Assembly (NCBI GenBank): GCA_009694185.1
Contig: SHVR01000004.1
Coordinates: forward strand, 1,933-65,932
From: Alphaproteobacteria bacterium
GTDB taxonomy: Bacteria; Pseudomonadota; Alphaproteobacteria; SHVR01
Length of the DNA stretch: 64,000 nucleotides
Direction: 5' to 3'
Position numbers and translations under genes: made by a program. Shown here in pieces: positions 48,226 to 57,524 of the stretch (the stretch's first letter is position 1; each line of letters opens with the position of its first letter). The notes beneath the pieces were generated by a model, which did not search any database, was not told the DNA's origin, and saw only the letters and a program-made list of their open reading frames with translations.

Positions 48226-49515
48226 TCAGGCGCCCTTCCACTCATAAGCGACGGTACCGGGCGGGTGCTGGTACCAGCCCGGGTCGGTGTAATCGCCGCG
48301 GGCGATCCCGCGTCGTACCTTGAGGACGCTGAACATACCGCCCATCTCGATGGGGCCGAACGGGCCGGTGCCGGTCATCATGGGGAGCGTGTTCTCCGGC
48401 AAGGGCATCTCCATCTCGCCCATGTCCGCCATGCCGCGCTCGCCCATCACCATATAGTCGGGCACCAGCGACACGAGGCGCCCGGCAAGCCCGTGATGGT
48501 CGACGCCGATCATGGTCGGCACCTTGTGCCCCATGGCGTTCATGGTGTGGTGCGACTTGTGGCAATGGAAGGCCCAGTCGCCGGGCGTGTCGGCCGTGAA
48601 TTCGACCGCCCGCATGGAGCCGACGGGGATGTCCACGGTGACTTCGGGCCATTGAGCGCCCGGCGCCACCCAGCCGCCGTCGGTGCCCGTCACCCGGAAG
48701 TCATAGCCGTGCAGATGGATCGGGTGATTGGTCATGGTGAGATTGCCCATGCGGATGCGCACCCGGTCGCCCTGGCGCGCCACCAGATGGTCGATGCCGG
48801 GAAAGACCCGGCTGTTCCAGCTCCAGAGATTGAAGTCCAGCATGGTGGCGATCTTGGGCGTATAGCTGCCCGGATCGATGTCGTAGGCGTTGATGAGGAA
48901 GACGAAGTCGCGGTCGACGCGGTGCTGGCCCGGGTCGCGCGGATGGACGACGAAGAAGCCCATCATGCCCATGGCCATCTGCACCATCTCGTCGGCATGG
49001 GGGTGGTACATGAAGGTGCCGCTCTTCTTCATCTCGAACTCGTAGACATAGGTCTTGCCCGGGGGGATTTGCGGCTGGGTCAGGCCACCCACCCCGTCCA
49101 TGCCGCTCGGAAGCAGTATGCCGTGCCAATGGATGGTGGTGTGCTCGGGCAGCTTGTTGGTGACGAACATGCGAAGCTTGTCGCCTTCGACCGCCTCGAT
49201 GGTCGGCCCCGGGCTCTGGCCGTTATAGCCCCAGAGATGGGCCGTCATGCCGGGCGCGATCTCGCGCAAGACGGGCTCCGCCACCAGGTGGAATTCCTTC
49301 CAGCCGTTCTTCCACCGCCAGGGCGCCGACCAGCCGTTGAGGGTAACGACCGGGTTGTAAGCGCGCCCGCCGGTGGGCGGCGGCGGCACCTCGGTGGCAG
49401 GTCCCCGCGCCGGATAGGGCGCCTCGGGCACGGCCGCGAAGGCGCCACGGTTTGCCAGGCCGGCGCCGAGCAAGGCGGCACCGGCGAGTAGATTTCGGCG
49501 GCTGAATGTCGGCAT
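48226..49515 (-). CDS. Multicopper oxidase (Tat-exported)
   Basis: RRNLLAGAALLGAG Tat signal. Copper motifs HWHG, HPH, HLHG and HCHKSHHTMNAM. Confidence 0.88.
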   Translation of the reverse strand: MPTFSRRNLLAGAALLGAGLANRGAFAAVPEAPYPARGPATEVPPPPTGGRAYNPVVTLNGWSAPWRWKNGWKEFHLVAEPVLREIAPGMTAHLWGYNGQSPGPTIEAVEGDKLRMFVTNKLPEHTTIHWHGILLPSGMDGVGGLTQPQIPPGKTYVYEFEMKKSGTFMYHPHADEMVQMAMGMMGFFVVHPRDPGQHRVDRDFVFLINAYDIDPGSYTPKIATMLDFNLWSWNSRVFPGIDHLVARQGDRVRIRMGNLTMTNHPIHLHGYDFRVTGTDGGWVAPGAQWPEVTVDIPVGSMRAVEFTADTPGDWAFHCHKSHHTMNAMGHKVPTMIGVDHHGLAGRLVSLVPDYMVMGERGMADMGEMEMPLPENTLPMMTGTGPFGPIEMGGMFSVLKVRRGIARGDYTDPGWYQHPPGTVAYEWKGA

Positions 49516-49533
49516 GGGTTCCGGCTCCTCGAC

Positions 49534-50952
49534 TCAGTGGGCGGCGGGTTTGGCGGCGCCTGCATCAATGCGCATGGGTGGAGCGGCGCCCGTCTCGCCG
49601 ACATCGGCGATGGTGACGAATTGCAGGTCGGTCTCGGCGAGCCAAAAGTCGCGCTCGGCCTCGATGGCCGCCATGACACTCTGGATCTGGTCGCGCGCGT
49701 CGCTCAAAAGCTCGAAGACGCTGACTAGCATGCCGTTATAGCGCAGCAACATCTCGTCCGAGATGCGCTTGCGAGTCGGCACGATCTCTTGCCGGTAATG
49801 GCGGGCGATGTCGTAGGCGGTCCGATAGGTGGCATAGGCCTCGCGCACGGCGGAGCGGGCGTTGATCGCGGTCTCGGCCAGATTGTTGACCGACTGCATG
49901 TAGAGGCTCTCCGCCTTGGTGACCTTGGCGTCGCCGAAATCGAAGATCGGGATCTCGATGCCGATCTCATAGCCGGTTCGCCGCCCGAGGCCCTCCTCGC
50001 GGTTACGGATATAGCCGTACTCCAAGACGTTGACGAACCGGGTGGCGTGGGTCAGCCCCAAGGCGGTCGACATGCCATCCAGTTCGGCCCGGGCCATGCG
50101 GATGTCCAGCCGCTCCGTAATCGCCTTCGCCTCGATGCCCTCGGCCGTCAGGGTCGCGTCGGGAAGATCGGGGAGGCGCGCCGGCAGCGGGAAGGCGAGA
50201 TCCTTGCCCCAGAGGCCCATCAGCCGGGCCAGGCGCTCGCGCTCGGCACCCGCCCGGAGCCGCGCCTGGGCGAGCCGCGCCGTTGCCTCGCCATAGAACA
50301 CCTGCTCACGGGCATAATCCAGCACGCTGAGATTGCCCACCTGCTGGGCGCGGCGGCCAAGCTCCGCCTGGGCTTGCGTCGCATCGCGCACCTGGGCCGC
50401 ATAGTCGGCCATTTGCTGGGCAGCGACGGCGTTGAACCAGGCGCGCCGGGTTTGCGCCGCCACCGCCATCACTTGCTGCACCACTTGCAGCTTCGCCCGC
50501 TCGAAACGGCGCCCCTCGATCTCGGCCGCGATCGGCAGGGTCAACAGAGCCAAGACGTTCATCGAGAAGGTGCGCTCGATTTCCCGGTCATGGCCGTCGA
50601 TGCGGCTGTAGGTGAAGCCCGGATTGGGCGGCCGCCAGGATCGGGTAAGATCGGCGGCGGCGATGCCGAGTTCGGCGAACGAGCCTTGCAGGCGGCGATT
50701 GTTCAGAAGCGCCGCTTCGACGGCGCCGTCGGCGCCGAGCGGCGCCGCCAGCAGCCGGTCGAGCGCTTGGCGCACGTCTTTCGCATCTTCATCGGTCTTG
50801 ATCCAGCGCGGCGCCTGTCCCGTGCGTTCCTTGGCGGTGCCGGCCACCTCCGTGAAAGCGCGCTCGGCGACCGGCCCGGCGCAACCGGCCAGGAGCAGCG
50901 CCACCGCCAGCGCTAGCGCTAGCGCTGGCCGCCGTCTTCCCATGGCGACCAT
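49534..50952 (-). CDS. TolC-family outer membrane efflux lipoprotein
   Basis: Lipobox LLAGC. Two repeated alpha/beta halves typical of OMF proteins. 472 aa. Confidence 0.85.
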   Translation of the reverse strand: MVAMGRRRPALALALAVALLLAGCAGPVAERAFTEVAGTAKERTGQAPRWIKTDEDAKDVRQALDRLLAAPLGADGAVEAALLNNRRLQGSFAELGIAAADLTRSWRPPNPGFTYSRIDGHDREIERTFSMNVLALLTLPIAAEIEGRRFERAKLQVVQQVMAVAAQTRRAWFNAVAAQQMADYAAQVRDATQAQAELGRRAQQVGNLSVLDYAREQVFYGEATARLAQARLRAGAERERLARLMGLWGKDLAFPLPARLPDLPDATLTAEGIEAKAITERLDIRMARAELDGMSTALGLTHATRFVNVLEYGYIRNREEGLGRRTGYEIGIEIPIFDFGDAKVTKAESLYMQSVNNLAETAINARSAVREAYATYRTAYDIARHYRQEIVPTRKRISDEMLLRYNGMLVSVFELLSDARDQIQSVMAAIEAERDFWLAETDLQFVTIADVGETGAAPPMRIDAGAAKPAAH

Positions 50953-50954
50953 CG

Positions 50955-51251
50955 TCAGCGCCTCCCGTGGCTGGGATGGCCGTGACCCGCCGGCTCACTC
51001 GCCTTGCCGTCCTCCTGGAGGGCGCCGCCATGGCCGCCGACCGCGCGGACGCGCTCGTTCGACCGCACCCAGGGCTGGGGCGGCTCGGCCCGAAACGACT
51101 GGAAGCCCGTGAAAGGCGACTGGTAGGCGATCGCCGGTACCGGCTGAGCCGGATCGGCCGCCTCGGATAGCGCCGCCGGTTCGGCCATGAGAGCGGCCGG
51201 CGCCAGGGCCAGAATGCCGGCGCATAAACCCAGCAAACGTTTTGGGAACAT
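50955..51251 (-). CDS. Small secreted protein with His-rich C-terminus
   Basis: Signal peptide MFPKRLLGLCAGILALAPAALMA, and C-terminal GGHGG...GHGHPSHG. Sits 2 nt upstream of the TolC-like gene. Confidence 0.6.
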   Translation of the reverse strand: MFPKRLLGLCAGILALAPAALMAEPAALSEAADPAQPVPAIAYQSPFTGFQSFRAEPPQPWVRSNERVRAVGGHGGALQEDGKASEPAGHGHPSHGRR

Positions 51252-51305
51252 GCCACGCCTCGCGAGGTAGGGATTGCCGCAATCGACGGAGAGATCCGTT
51301 GAGGG

Positions 51306-51659
51306 CTAGGCGCGAGGCGGCTCGAAGGGAAGTGCGGGCCCCTGGGCCAGGACGGCGTCAGACCAAGCCACCAACCCCGGCCGGGACATGGTCCGCAACG
51401 GGTCGCCGGCTTCGGCGGCGCATATGGCGACACACATGGCGCAGGCAAGGCAAACGCCGCAAACCGGACGGGCGGTGTCGCCCTCTGCCCCACCCGCGCA
51501 ATGGCCGGCGCGATCGCCGGCAGGGGCCACCGCCGCCGGCTTGCCATCGAGCGAGCTGGCCATCGCCCTGCCGGAAGCCATGTGACCCAGGGCCGGCAAC
51601 AGGGCAAACCAGAGCGCGAGGGCGGTAAAAAGAAGCCGTCGTACCCCGCCCTTGGTCAT
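51306..51659 (-). CDS. DUF2946-like Cys-cluster protein
   Basis: Signal/TM segment (RRLLFTALALWFALLPALGH), then HC...CGVCLACAMCVAIC. Start at ATG 51659. The family assignment is from memory. Confidence 0.5.
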   Translation of the reverse strand: MTKGGVRRLLFTALALWFALLPALGHMASGRAMASSLDGKPAAVAPAGDRAGHCAGGAEGDTARPVCGVCLACAMCVAICAAEAGDPLRTMSRPGLVAWSDAVLAQGPALPFEPPRA

Positions 51660-51796
51660 GGTTTTGCGTGGTCCCAACATGAGCGCCTCTATACCACAGG
51701 CGAACTCGGCACCACAACCACATGCGCCGAACCCGGTTGCCAAGCCGGTGGCCCTGCGTTAGCTGATGCACCCAAGCCCCCAGGAGAAACCCAGCC

Positions 51797-52585
51797 ATGG
51801 ATTATACCGACATCCTGTTCGAGACGGCGGATAGCGTTGCCACCATCACCATCAACCGCGCCGACCGGCTCAACGCCTTTCGCGGCCGCACCATCGAAGA
51901 GCTGCTGCACGCCTTCAAGCGCTGCTGGGCCGACAAGAACGTCGCCGCGGTGGTCTTTACGGGCGTCGGCGAGCGCGCCTTCTGCGTCGGCGGCGACCAG
52001 AAGGAATTCGTCGAAACGGGCAGCTACGGCACCAGCGCCAACGGGCTCTGGGAAGTCGAGGCCCTGCATCGGGTGATCCGCGACGTGCCGAAGCCGGTGA
52101 TCGCCGCGGTCAACGGCTTTGCCATCGGCGGCGGCCATGTGCTGCATCTCCTGTGCGACGTCACCATCGCCGCCGAGCACGCGCAGTTCGGGCAAGTGGG
52201 GCCGCGCGTCGGTTCGTTCGATGCCGGCTGGGGTGCCGCTTACTTGACCCATCTCGTCGGCCAGAAGCGCGCCCGCGAGATCTGGATGTTCTGCCGCCGC
52301 TACACCGCCACGGAAATGGAGCGCTGGGGCCTGGTCAATAAGGTGGTGGCCAAGGAGAAGCTCTTGGAGGAAGCCCGGAGCTGGGGGCGCGAGGCGGCGA
52401 TCTTGAGCCCGACGGCGCTGCGTTTCCTGAAGGCCTCCTACAATGCGGGCTCGGCCTATGTGGATGGCCTGGCCCAAATGCACGACGCCGGCCTCTCGCT
52501 CTACACCCAGACCGACGAGGGCTGGGAGGGCCGGCGCGCGTTCGACGAGAAGCGGGCGCCGGACTTCACCAAGTTCCGCAAGTAG
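51797..52585 (+). CDS. Crotonase-fold enzyme, MenB/BadI-like
   Basis: FCVGGDQK, VNGFAIGGGHVL, GSFDAGWG, and the C-terminal AF.EKR.PDF..F. Confidence 0.8.
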   Translation: MDYTDILFETADSVATITINRADRLNAFRGRTIEELLHAFKRCWADKNVAAVVFTGVGERAFCVGGDQKEFVETGSYGTSANGLWEVEALHRVIRDVPKPVIAAVNGFAIGGGHVLHLLCDVTIAAEHAQFGQVGPRVGSFDAGWGAAYLTHLVGQKRAREIWMFCRRYTATEMERWGLVNKVVAKEKLLEEARSWGREAAILSPTALRFLKASYNAGSAYVDGLAQMHDAGLSLYTQTDEGWEGRRAFDEKRAPDFTKFRK

Positions 52586-52595
52586 CCCGGCGGCG

Positions 52596-53006
52596 TCACC
52601 CCTTGGGGTCGAGCTTGAGCGAAGCCGAGTTCATGCAATAGCGCAGCCCCGTCGGTTGCGGCCCATCCTCGAACACATGGCCGAGATGGGCGTCGCAGCG
52701 GCTGCATAGCACTTCGGTGCGGACCATGAACCAGCTCCGGTCTTGCTTGATGGCGACACTCTCGGGCGCCAGCGGGTCCCAGAAGCTCGGCCAGCCGGTG
52801 CCGGAGTCGAATTTGGTTTCGGAACTGAACAAGGCTTGGCCACAGCAGATGCAGACATAGGTGCCGGGCGTCTTGGCATTCCAGTAGGGGCCGGTGAAGG
52901 CGCGCTCGGTGCCATGGCGGCGGGTCACCGCATATTGCTCGGGCGTTAGTTGCGCCTTCCACTCGGCCTCGCTCTTGACCACCTTGTCGAGTTTGGTGTC
53001 GCTCAT
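52596..53006 (-). CDS. msrB: Peptide-methionine (R)-S-oxide reductase
   Basis: CICCG...F.S..KF.SGTGWPSF and CSRCDAHLGHVF..GP.PTG.RYC motifs. Confidence 0.92.
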   Translation of the reverse strand: MSDTKLDKVVKSEAEWKAQLTPEQYAVTRRHGTERAFTGPYWNAKTPGTYVCICCGQALFSSETKFDSGTGWPSFWDPLAPESVAIKQDRSWFMVRTEVLCSRCDAHLGHVFEDGPQPTGLRYCMNSASLKLDPKG

Positions 53007-53155
53007 GCTGCCTCTCCGCGCCGGACCCGCCCTGTCGGCGAATAGTACCGCCAACACCCGGCGAGTTGAAGGGCGCGCCGCGCGTTCGCTATGGGATTCG
53101 GGACGATAATCCGGCAGACTGGCCGCCTCCCATCCGAGGCCGGCAGGACAAGATC

Positions 53156-53815
53156 ATGTTTTATGACGATAAAAAGGCACACGGCCTGAAATTCAGCCCG
53201 TTCAAGGCGCTGGTCGCCCCCCGTCCGATCGCCTGGGTGAGCAGCATGGACGTGGCCGGCACCCTCAATCTGGCGCCCTTCAGCTTCTTCAACGCCATGG
53301 CGGAATCGCCGCCCACCATCGTCTTTGCGCCCAACAACCCACGCCCCAGCGGCGGCAGCAAGGACACCCTCGCCAACATCGAGCAGGTGGGCGAGTTCGT
53401 GGTCAATTTCTGCAATTGGAACCTGCGCGAGCAAATGAACCAGTCGTCCGCCCATGTCCCGCCGGACGTCGACGAGTTCAAGCTCGCGGGCCTCACACCC
53501 ATGGACTCGGTCAATATCCGGGTGCCGCGCGTTAGGGAAGCACCCGTGGCGCTGGAATGCACCTTCATGTTCCGAGTGCGGCTCCCGAGCAACAATCCGA
53601 AGATCGAGAACAACGCCGTCTTCGGCCGGGTGGTGGGCGTGCATATCGCCGACGAGCTGATCGTCGACGGGCGCATCGACATGCTGAAATACCGCCCGGT
53701 CGCGCGTCTTGGCTATATGGACTACACCGTGCTCGACAATGTGTTCACCATGGACCGGCCGGACGAGAGCCTGGAAGACTACGAAGCCAAGCGACGGAGC
53801 CGCGCCGCCGAATAG
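53156..53815 (+). CDS. Flavin reductase family protein (FMN-binding split barrel)
   Basis: F..LV.PRPIAWVSS.D..G..NLAPFSFFNA pattern. Confidence 0.82.
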   Translation: MFYDDKKAHGLKFSPFKALVAPRPIAWVSSMDVAGTLNLAPFSFFNAMAESPPTIVFAPNNPRPSGGSKDTLANIEQVGEFVVNFCNWNLREQMNQSSAHVPPDVDEFKLAGLTPMDSVNIRVPRVREAPVALECTFMFRVRLPSNNPKIENNAVFGRVVGVHIADELIVDGRIDMLKYRPVARLGYMDYTVLDNVFTMDRPDESLEDYEAKRRSRAAE

Positions 53816-53820
53816 GCCGC

Positions 53821-53955
53821 ATGTCGCAAGTCACCATACGGCCGTCGCGGCCGGCGGATGTGCCGGCAATCGCCGCCATCTATGCGGTCCATGTCCGCGA
53901 CGGTTTTGCCTCGTTCGAGATCGAGCCGCCCGATGCCGCCCACGGGGCGAGCTAA
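53821..53955 (+). pseudogene. N-terminal stub of a GNAT (phosphinothricin-acetyltransferase-like) gene
   Basis: MSQVTIRPSRPADVPAIAAIYAVHVRDGFASFEIEPPD.. then a stop after 44 codons. The acetyl-CoA-binding core is absent. Confidence 0.5.
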
Positions 53956-53985
53956 AATGACCAAACATATCCGAGGGGGAACGCC

Positions 53986-55569
53986 ATGACACCCGACGAC
54001 ATCCAGACCGCCCGGAAGTCCGGCCAGACCGAGGCCCCGATCGTCGAGACGGTTTCGGGCAAGGTGGGGGGTGCCACGACAGACGGCATCCATGGCTTCA
54101 AGGGCATCCCTTATGGCGCACCAACGAGCGGGGCGAACCGCTTCATGGCGCCGCGGCCACCGGCGGAGTGGGCGGGCGTGCGCGAGGCACTCAAGCTCGC
54201 CGGCCGCTCGCCCCAGGCGAAGTTCACGGCCCAGCGCCCGGAACTCGCGACCGTCTGGGGTCCCATCGACGAACTGCCGGTCGGCGAGGATTGCCTGACG
54301 CTGCACCTCTGGACACCCGGCCTCGAGCCCCAGGCCAATCGCCCGGTCATGGTCTGGCTGCATGGCGGCGCCTTCTCTTATGGCTCCGCCAACGTGCCGC
54401 GCTTCGATGGCGCCAACCTCGCCCGGCGCGGCGACGTGGTGGTGGTGGCGGTCAATCACCGGCTCAACATCTTCGGCCATCTGGATCTCTCCCAAATCGC
54501 CGGACCCGATTTCAAATCGTCGGGCAACGCGGGCGTGCTCGATCTGGTGGCCGCTCTCGAATGGGTGCGCGATAATGTCGCGGCCTTTGGTGGCGATCCG
54601 GCGTCCGTGACCGTATTCGGCCAGTCGGGCGGCGGCGGCAAGATCAGCACGCTCTTGGCCATGCCGGCGGCGGCGGGCCTTTTCCATCGCGCCATCATCC
54701 AGAGCGGGGCCACGATCCGGGTGCGCTCGGCCGAGCGCGCCCACATGCTGAGCGAGGCGATCCTCAAGGCGCTCGGCCTCGCCAAGGGCGATCTCGCCAA
54801 GTTGCAGACGCTTCCCATCGCCAAGTTGGTGGCGGCGATCGAGCCCGCCATTGCAACCCTGCCGAAGCCGGCCCATCCCCTCCTCGACCGTTATCCCTTC
54901 GGACCCGTGGTGGATGGCCATGACCTGCCCTGTCAGCCGTTCGATCCCGAAGCGCCGACGCTATCCGATCATGTGCCGATCCTCATTGGCGACACCAAGG
55001 ACGAAGCCGCCATCTTCCTCGCCCCCGACGACCGTATTTGGAGCCGGCAGCTAACCGAAGCGGAGCTACGGGCCGAGGTCGCCAAGGTGGCGGGGCCGGC
55101 GGCGGACGAGCTGATCGAGATCTATCGCCGCCGCGCGCCCAAGGCCGACCCGGCGGAACTCTTGATCGCCGCCTTGACCGGCAGCAATTTCTGGGTGCGC
55201 TCGATCCTCCTCGCCGAGCGCCAGGCGGCGCGCGGCAAGGCGCCGGTCTATATGTATAATTTCGCCTGGGAGACGCCCATTCACGGGCGCCGGCTGAAAG
55301 CCTCCCACTCGGTCGACACGGCCTTCGTCTTCGACACGGTGGGCGCCATCGGCGCCGCCACCAGCGGCCGGCTCGCCGCCGAACTCGCCGCCACCGTCTC
55401 CACCGCTTGGGCCAATTTCGCCCGCACCGGCGTGCCGGCGGCACCCAAGCTCTCGGTCTGGCCCGCCTACAGTGCCGCCGACCGCGCGGTCATGGTGCTC
55501 AACAGCGAGAGCCGGCTGGTGCGCGATCCCGACACCGAAGCCCGCAAGCTCCTTTGCGGCATCGCTTGA
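53986..55569 (+). CDS. Carboxylesterase/lipase family (type B) protein
   Basis: GIPYGAP...RF..P, VWLHGGAF, and the nucleophile elbow FGQSGGG. Confidence 0.88.
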   Translation: MTPDDIQTARKSGQTEAPIVETVSGKVGGATTDGIHGFKGIPYGAPTSGANRFMAPRPPAEWAGVREALKLAGRSPQAKFTAQRPELATVWGPIDELPVGEDCLTLHLWTPGLEPQANRPVMVWLHGGAFSYGSANVPRFDGANLARRGDVVVVAVNHRLNIFGHLDLSQIAGPDFKSSGNAGVLDLVAALEWVRDNVAAFGGDPASVTVFGQSGGGGKISTLLAMPAAAGLFHRAIIQSGATIRVRSAERAHMLSEAILKALGLAKGDLAKLQTLPIAKLVAAIEPAIATLPKPAHPLLDRYPFGPVVDGHDLPCQPFDPEAPTLSDHVPILIGDTKDEAAIFLAPDDRIWSRQLTEAELRAEVAKVAGPAADELIEIYRRRAPKADPAELLIAALTGSNFWVRSILLAERQAARGKAPVYMYNFAWETPIHGRRLKASHSVDTAFVFDTVGAIGAATSGRLAAELAATVSTAWANFARTGVPAAPKLSVWPAYSAADRAVMVLNSESRLVRDPDTEARKLLCGIA

Positions 55570-55581
55570 GGCGAGCGAGAC

Positions 55582-56478
55582 TCAGGCCGCTTCCACGGCC
55601 TCGCCGACGATCTGGGTGCGGTGCATCAGGCGCCGCCCCGTCTCGTCCAGGGAATCGCGCCGGTGCATGGCGCAACGATTGTCCCAGAGCATGAGGTCGC
55701 CGACGCGCCAGCGCTGATACCAGGCGAATTCGGGCTTGGCGGCATGCGCCCAGAGCCGGTCCAGGAGCGCTTCGCTGTCGGCGAGCGAGAGGCCGGGGAT
55801 ATAGGCGTTGGCGCGGCGGCCGAGGAAGAGGCATTGCCGCCGCGTCACCGGATGGAGCCGCACGATGGGGTGTACGGCACCCGGCGTTTGGCGCACATCG
55901 GTGATGGCCTGGAAGCCCAGCCGCCGCTCGCCCGCCGAATTCAGGCTTGCATCGTGAATGCAGTCGAGCCCCTGGATGCGCCGCTTCAGGTCCTCGGGCA
56001 GGGTCTCATAGGCCCGGTACATGTTGGTGAAGCCCGTATCGCCGCCCATTGCCGGACATTCGAGCGCGTAAAGGAGGCTCGCCCGGGGCGGGATCGGGTT
56101 GTAGGACATGTCGGTGTGCCAAGCGAGTTCATAAGAGCCGAGGCCGCCGATCGCCTTGCCCCCTACCTTGACGTTGGAAATGACCACCACCCAAGGCCGG
56201 GCATGCTCGGCGACGCCGTTATCCTTGCGCTCGAGGTCGCCGGTGCCGATCGGCACCCGGTCGAGCTCGCCAAAACGCCGGCTGAAGGCGATCAACCCAT
56301 CGTCATCGAGACGCTGACCGGAGAAGCGGAGCACCAGATGCGCCGACCAGGCGTCGGCGATCACCTTGAAGGCGGCCTCGTCCATGGGTGCGGCGAGATC
56401 GACGCCGTGCACGTCGGCGCCGCAAGCACCACCCGTCGGGCGAACCCAGATCGCCTCGGCATTATTTTCTTGGCGCAT
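55582..56478 (-). CDS. TauD/TfdA family Fe(II)/2-oxoglutarate dioxygenase
   Basis: WHTDMSY facial-triad region and C-terminal ..WDNR..MHRR. ATG 56478 has a GAGGAGA Shine-Dalgarno. Confidence 0.85.
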   Translation of the reverse strand: MRQENNAEAIWVRPTGGACGADVHGVDLAAPMDEAAFKVIADAWSAHLVLRFSGQRLDDDGLIAFSRRFGELDRVPIGTGDLERKDNGVAEHARPWVVVISNVKVGGKAIGGLGSYELAWHTDMSYNPIPPRASLLYALECPAMGGDTGFTNMYRAYETLPEDLKRRIQGLDCIHDASLNSAGERRLGFQAITDVRQTPGAVHPIVRLHPVTRRQCLFLGRRANAYIPGLSLADSEALLDRLWAHAAKPEFAWYQRWRVGDLMLWDNRCAMHRRDSLDETGRRLMHRTQIVGEAVEAA

Positions 56479-56500
56479 GGCTGTCTCCTCGGGCCGCCGG

Positions 56501-57463
56501 TCAATTGGCAAATATCTCTTGGGTCAGCTTGCGTTCCCGCTCGACACGCGCGACCATGGTGCTCGCGTCTTCGTACAGCACCTTCAAGCCGACATTCGCC
56601 ATCTTCGCGATGACGGCGGGATCGGCGGTGATGGCCTTCAAGGCCGCCTCCCATTGCGCGCGGATCGGCGCGGGCAGGCCCGGCGGGCCGGAAATGCCAA
56701 TCCAGAAGAGCACCTGCACCGAGGGGAAACCGGCCTCGCCGGTCGTCATCACGTCGGGCAGATTGGGCCAGCGCTCCGGCGAAGCCGACGCCAGGACGCG
56801 CAGCTTGCCGGCACTCAGCGGTGCCGCGATGGCACTGTAGGTGCCCACACCCATGGTCACATGGCCGCCGGCCGTCAGCGTCACCGCCTCGGCGCCGCCC
56901 TTGAGGGCGACGGCGCGGGTCTTCTTCACGTCGACGCCGGCCGCCAGGCAGAACATCCGGAACGCCATGTCCTGGAAGCCCGCGCCGCCGAGCGAGGTCC
57001 AACTGAAGGTCTCCGGATTGGCCTTGAGCGCCTGGGCCGCGTCGCCGAGCGACTTGAACGGCGAGTCCACATGCACGATGAATTTCAAGGGCGTATAGGC
57101 CATCACCCCGATGAAGGTCCGATCGGTCACCTTGAACGGCAGGTTCTTCACCACCGTATCCAGCATGGCGCTCTGGGGCGGGGCGTCCACGAGGAAAATG
57201 GTGCCGTCGGGCTTCGCGGTCATGACGTCGGTCACCGCCGGCACCGTGTTGCCGCCGGGCTTATTAATGATTTTGACCGGCACCCCCCAACGCGCCTCCA
57301 GCGCCTGCGCCACCACCCGGGCACCGGTGTCCGTCGAGGCGCCGGCGACGAACGGCACGATGAGTTCGATGGGCTTGGTTGGATATTTCTCCTGGGCACT
57401 CGCGGTCAACGCCGGCGCCACACCGGCTAACAGGCCGATCATGCCGATCCACAGCCGTATCAT
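56501..57463 (-). CDS. Tripartite tricarboxylate transporter substrate-binding protein (Bug/TctC family)
   Basis: Signal peptide, then YPTKPIELIVPFVAGASTD. Confidence 0.88.
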   Translation of the reverse strand: MIRLWIGMIGLLAGVAPALTASAQEKYPTKPIELIVPFVAGASTDTGARVVAQALEARWGVPVKIINKPGGNTVPAVTDVMTAKPDGTIFLVDAPPQSAMLDTVVKNLPFKVTDRTFIGVMAYTPLKFIVHVDSPFKSLGDAAQALKANPETFSWTSLGGAGFQDMAFRMFCLAAGVDVKKTRAVALKGGAEAVTLTAGGHVTMGVGTYSAIAAPLSAGKLRVLASASPERWPNLPDVMTTGEAGFPSVQVLFWIGISGPPGLPAPIRAQWEAALKAITADPAVIAKMANVGLKVLYEDASTMVARVERERKLTQEIFAN

Positions 57464-57524
57464 GGGTGCTTCCTCCGTCGTTGATCGCATTTGCCGGTCA
57501 GGCTTCCCCCTCCGTGGGCGAGGG

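Noticed and set aside
50906-50929. 24-bp perfect palindrome GCCAGCGCTAGCGCTAGCGCTGGC
   Set aside because: It lies inside the TolC-like signal peptide (..ALALALAVA..) and follows from repeated GCG/CTA/GCC Ala-Leu codons. There is no independent evidence of function.
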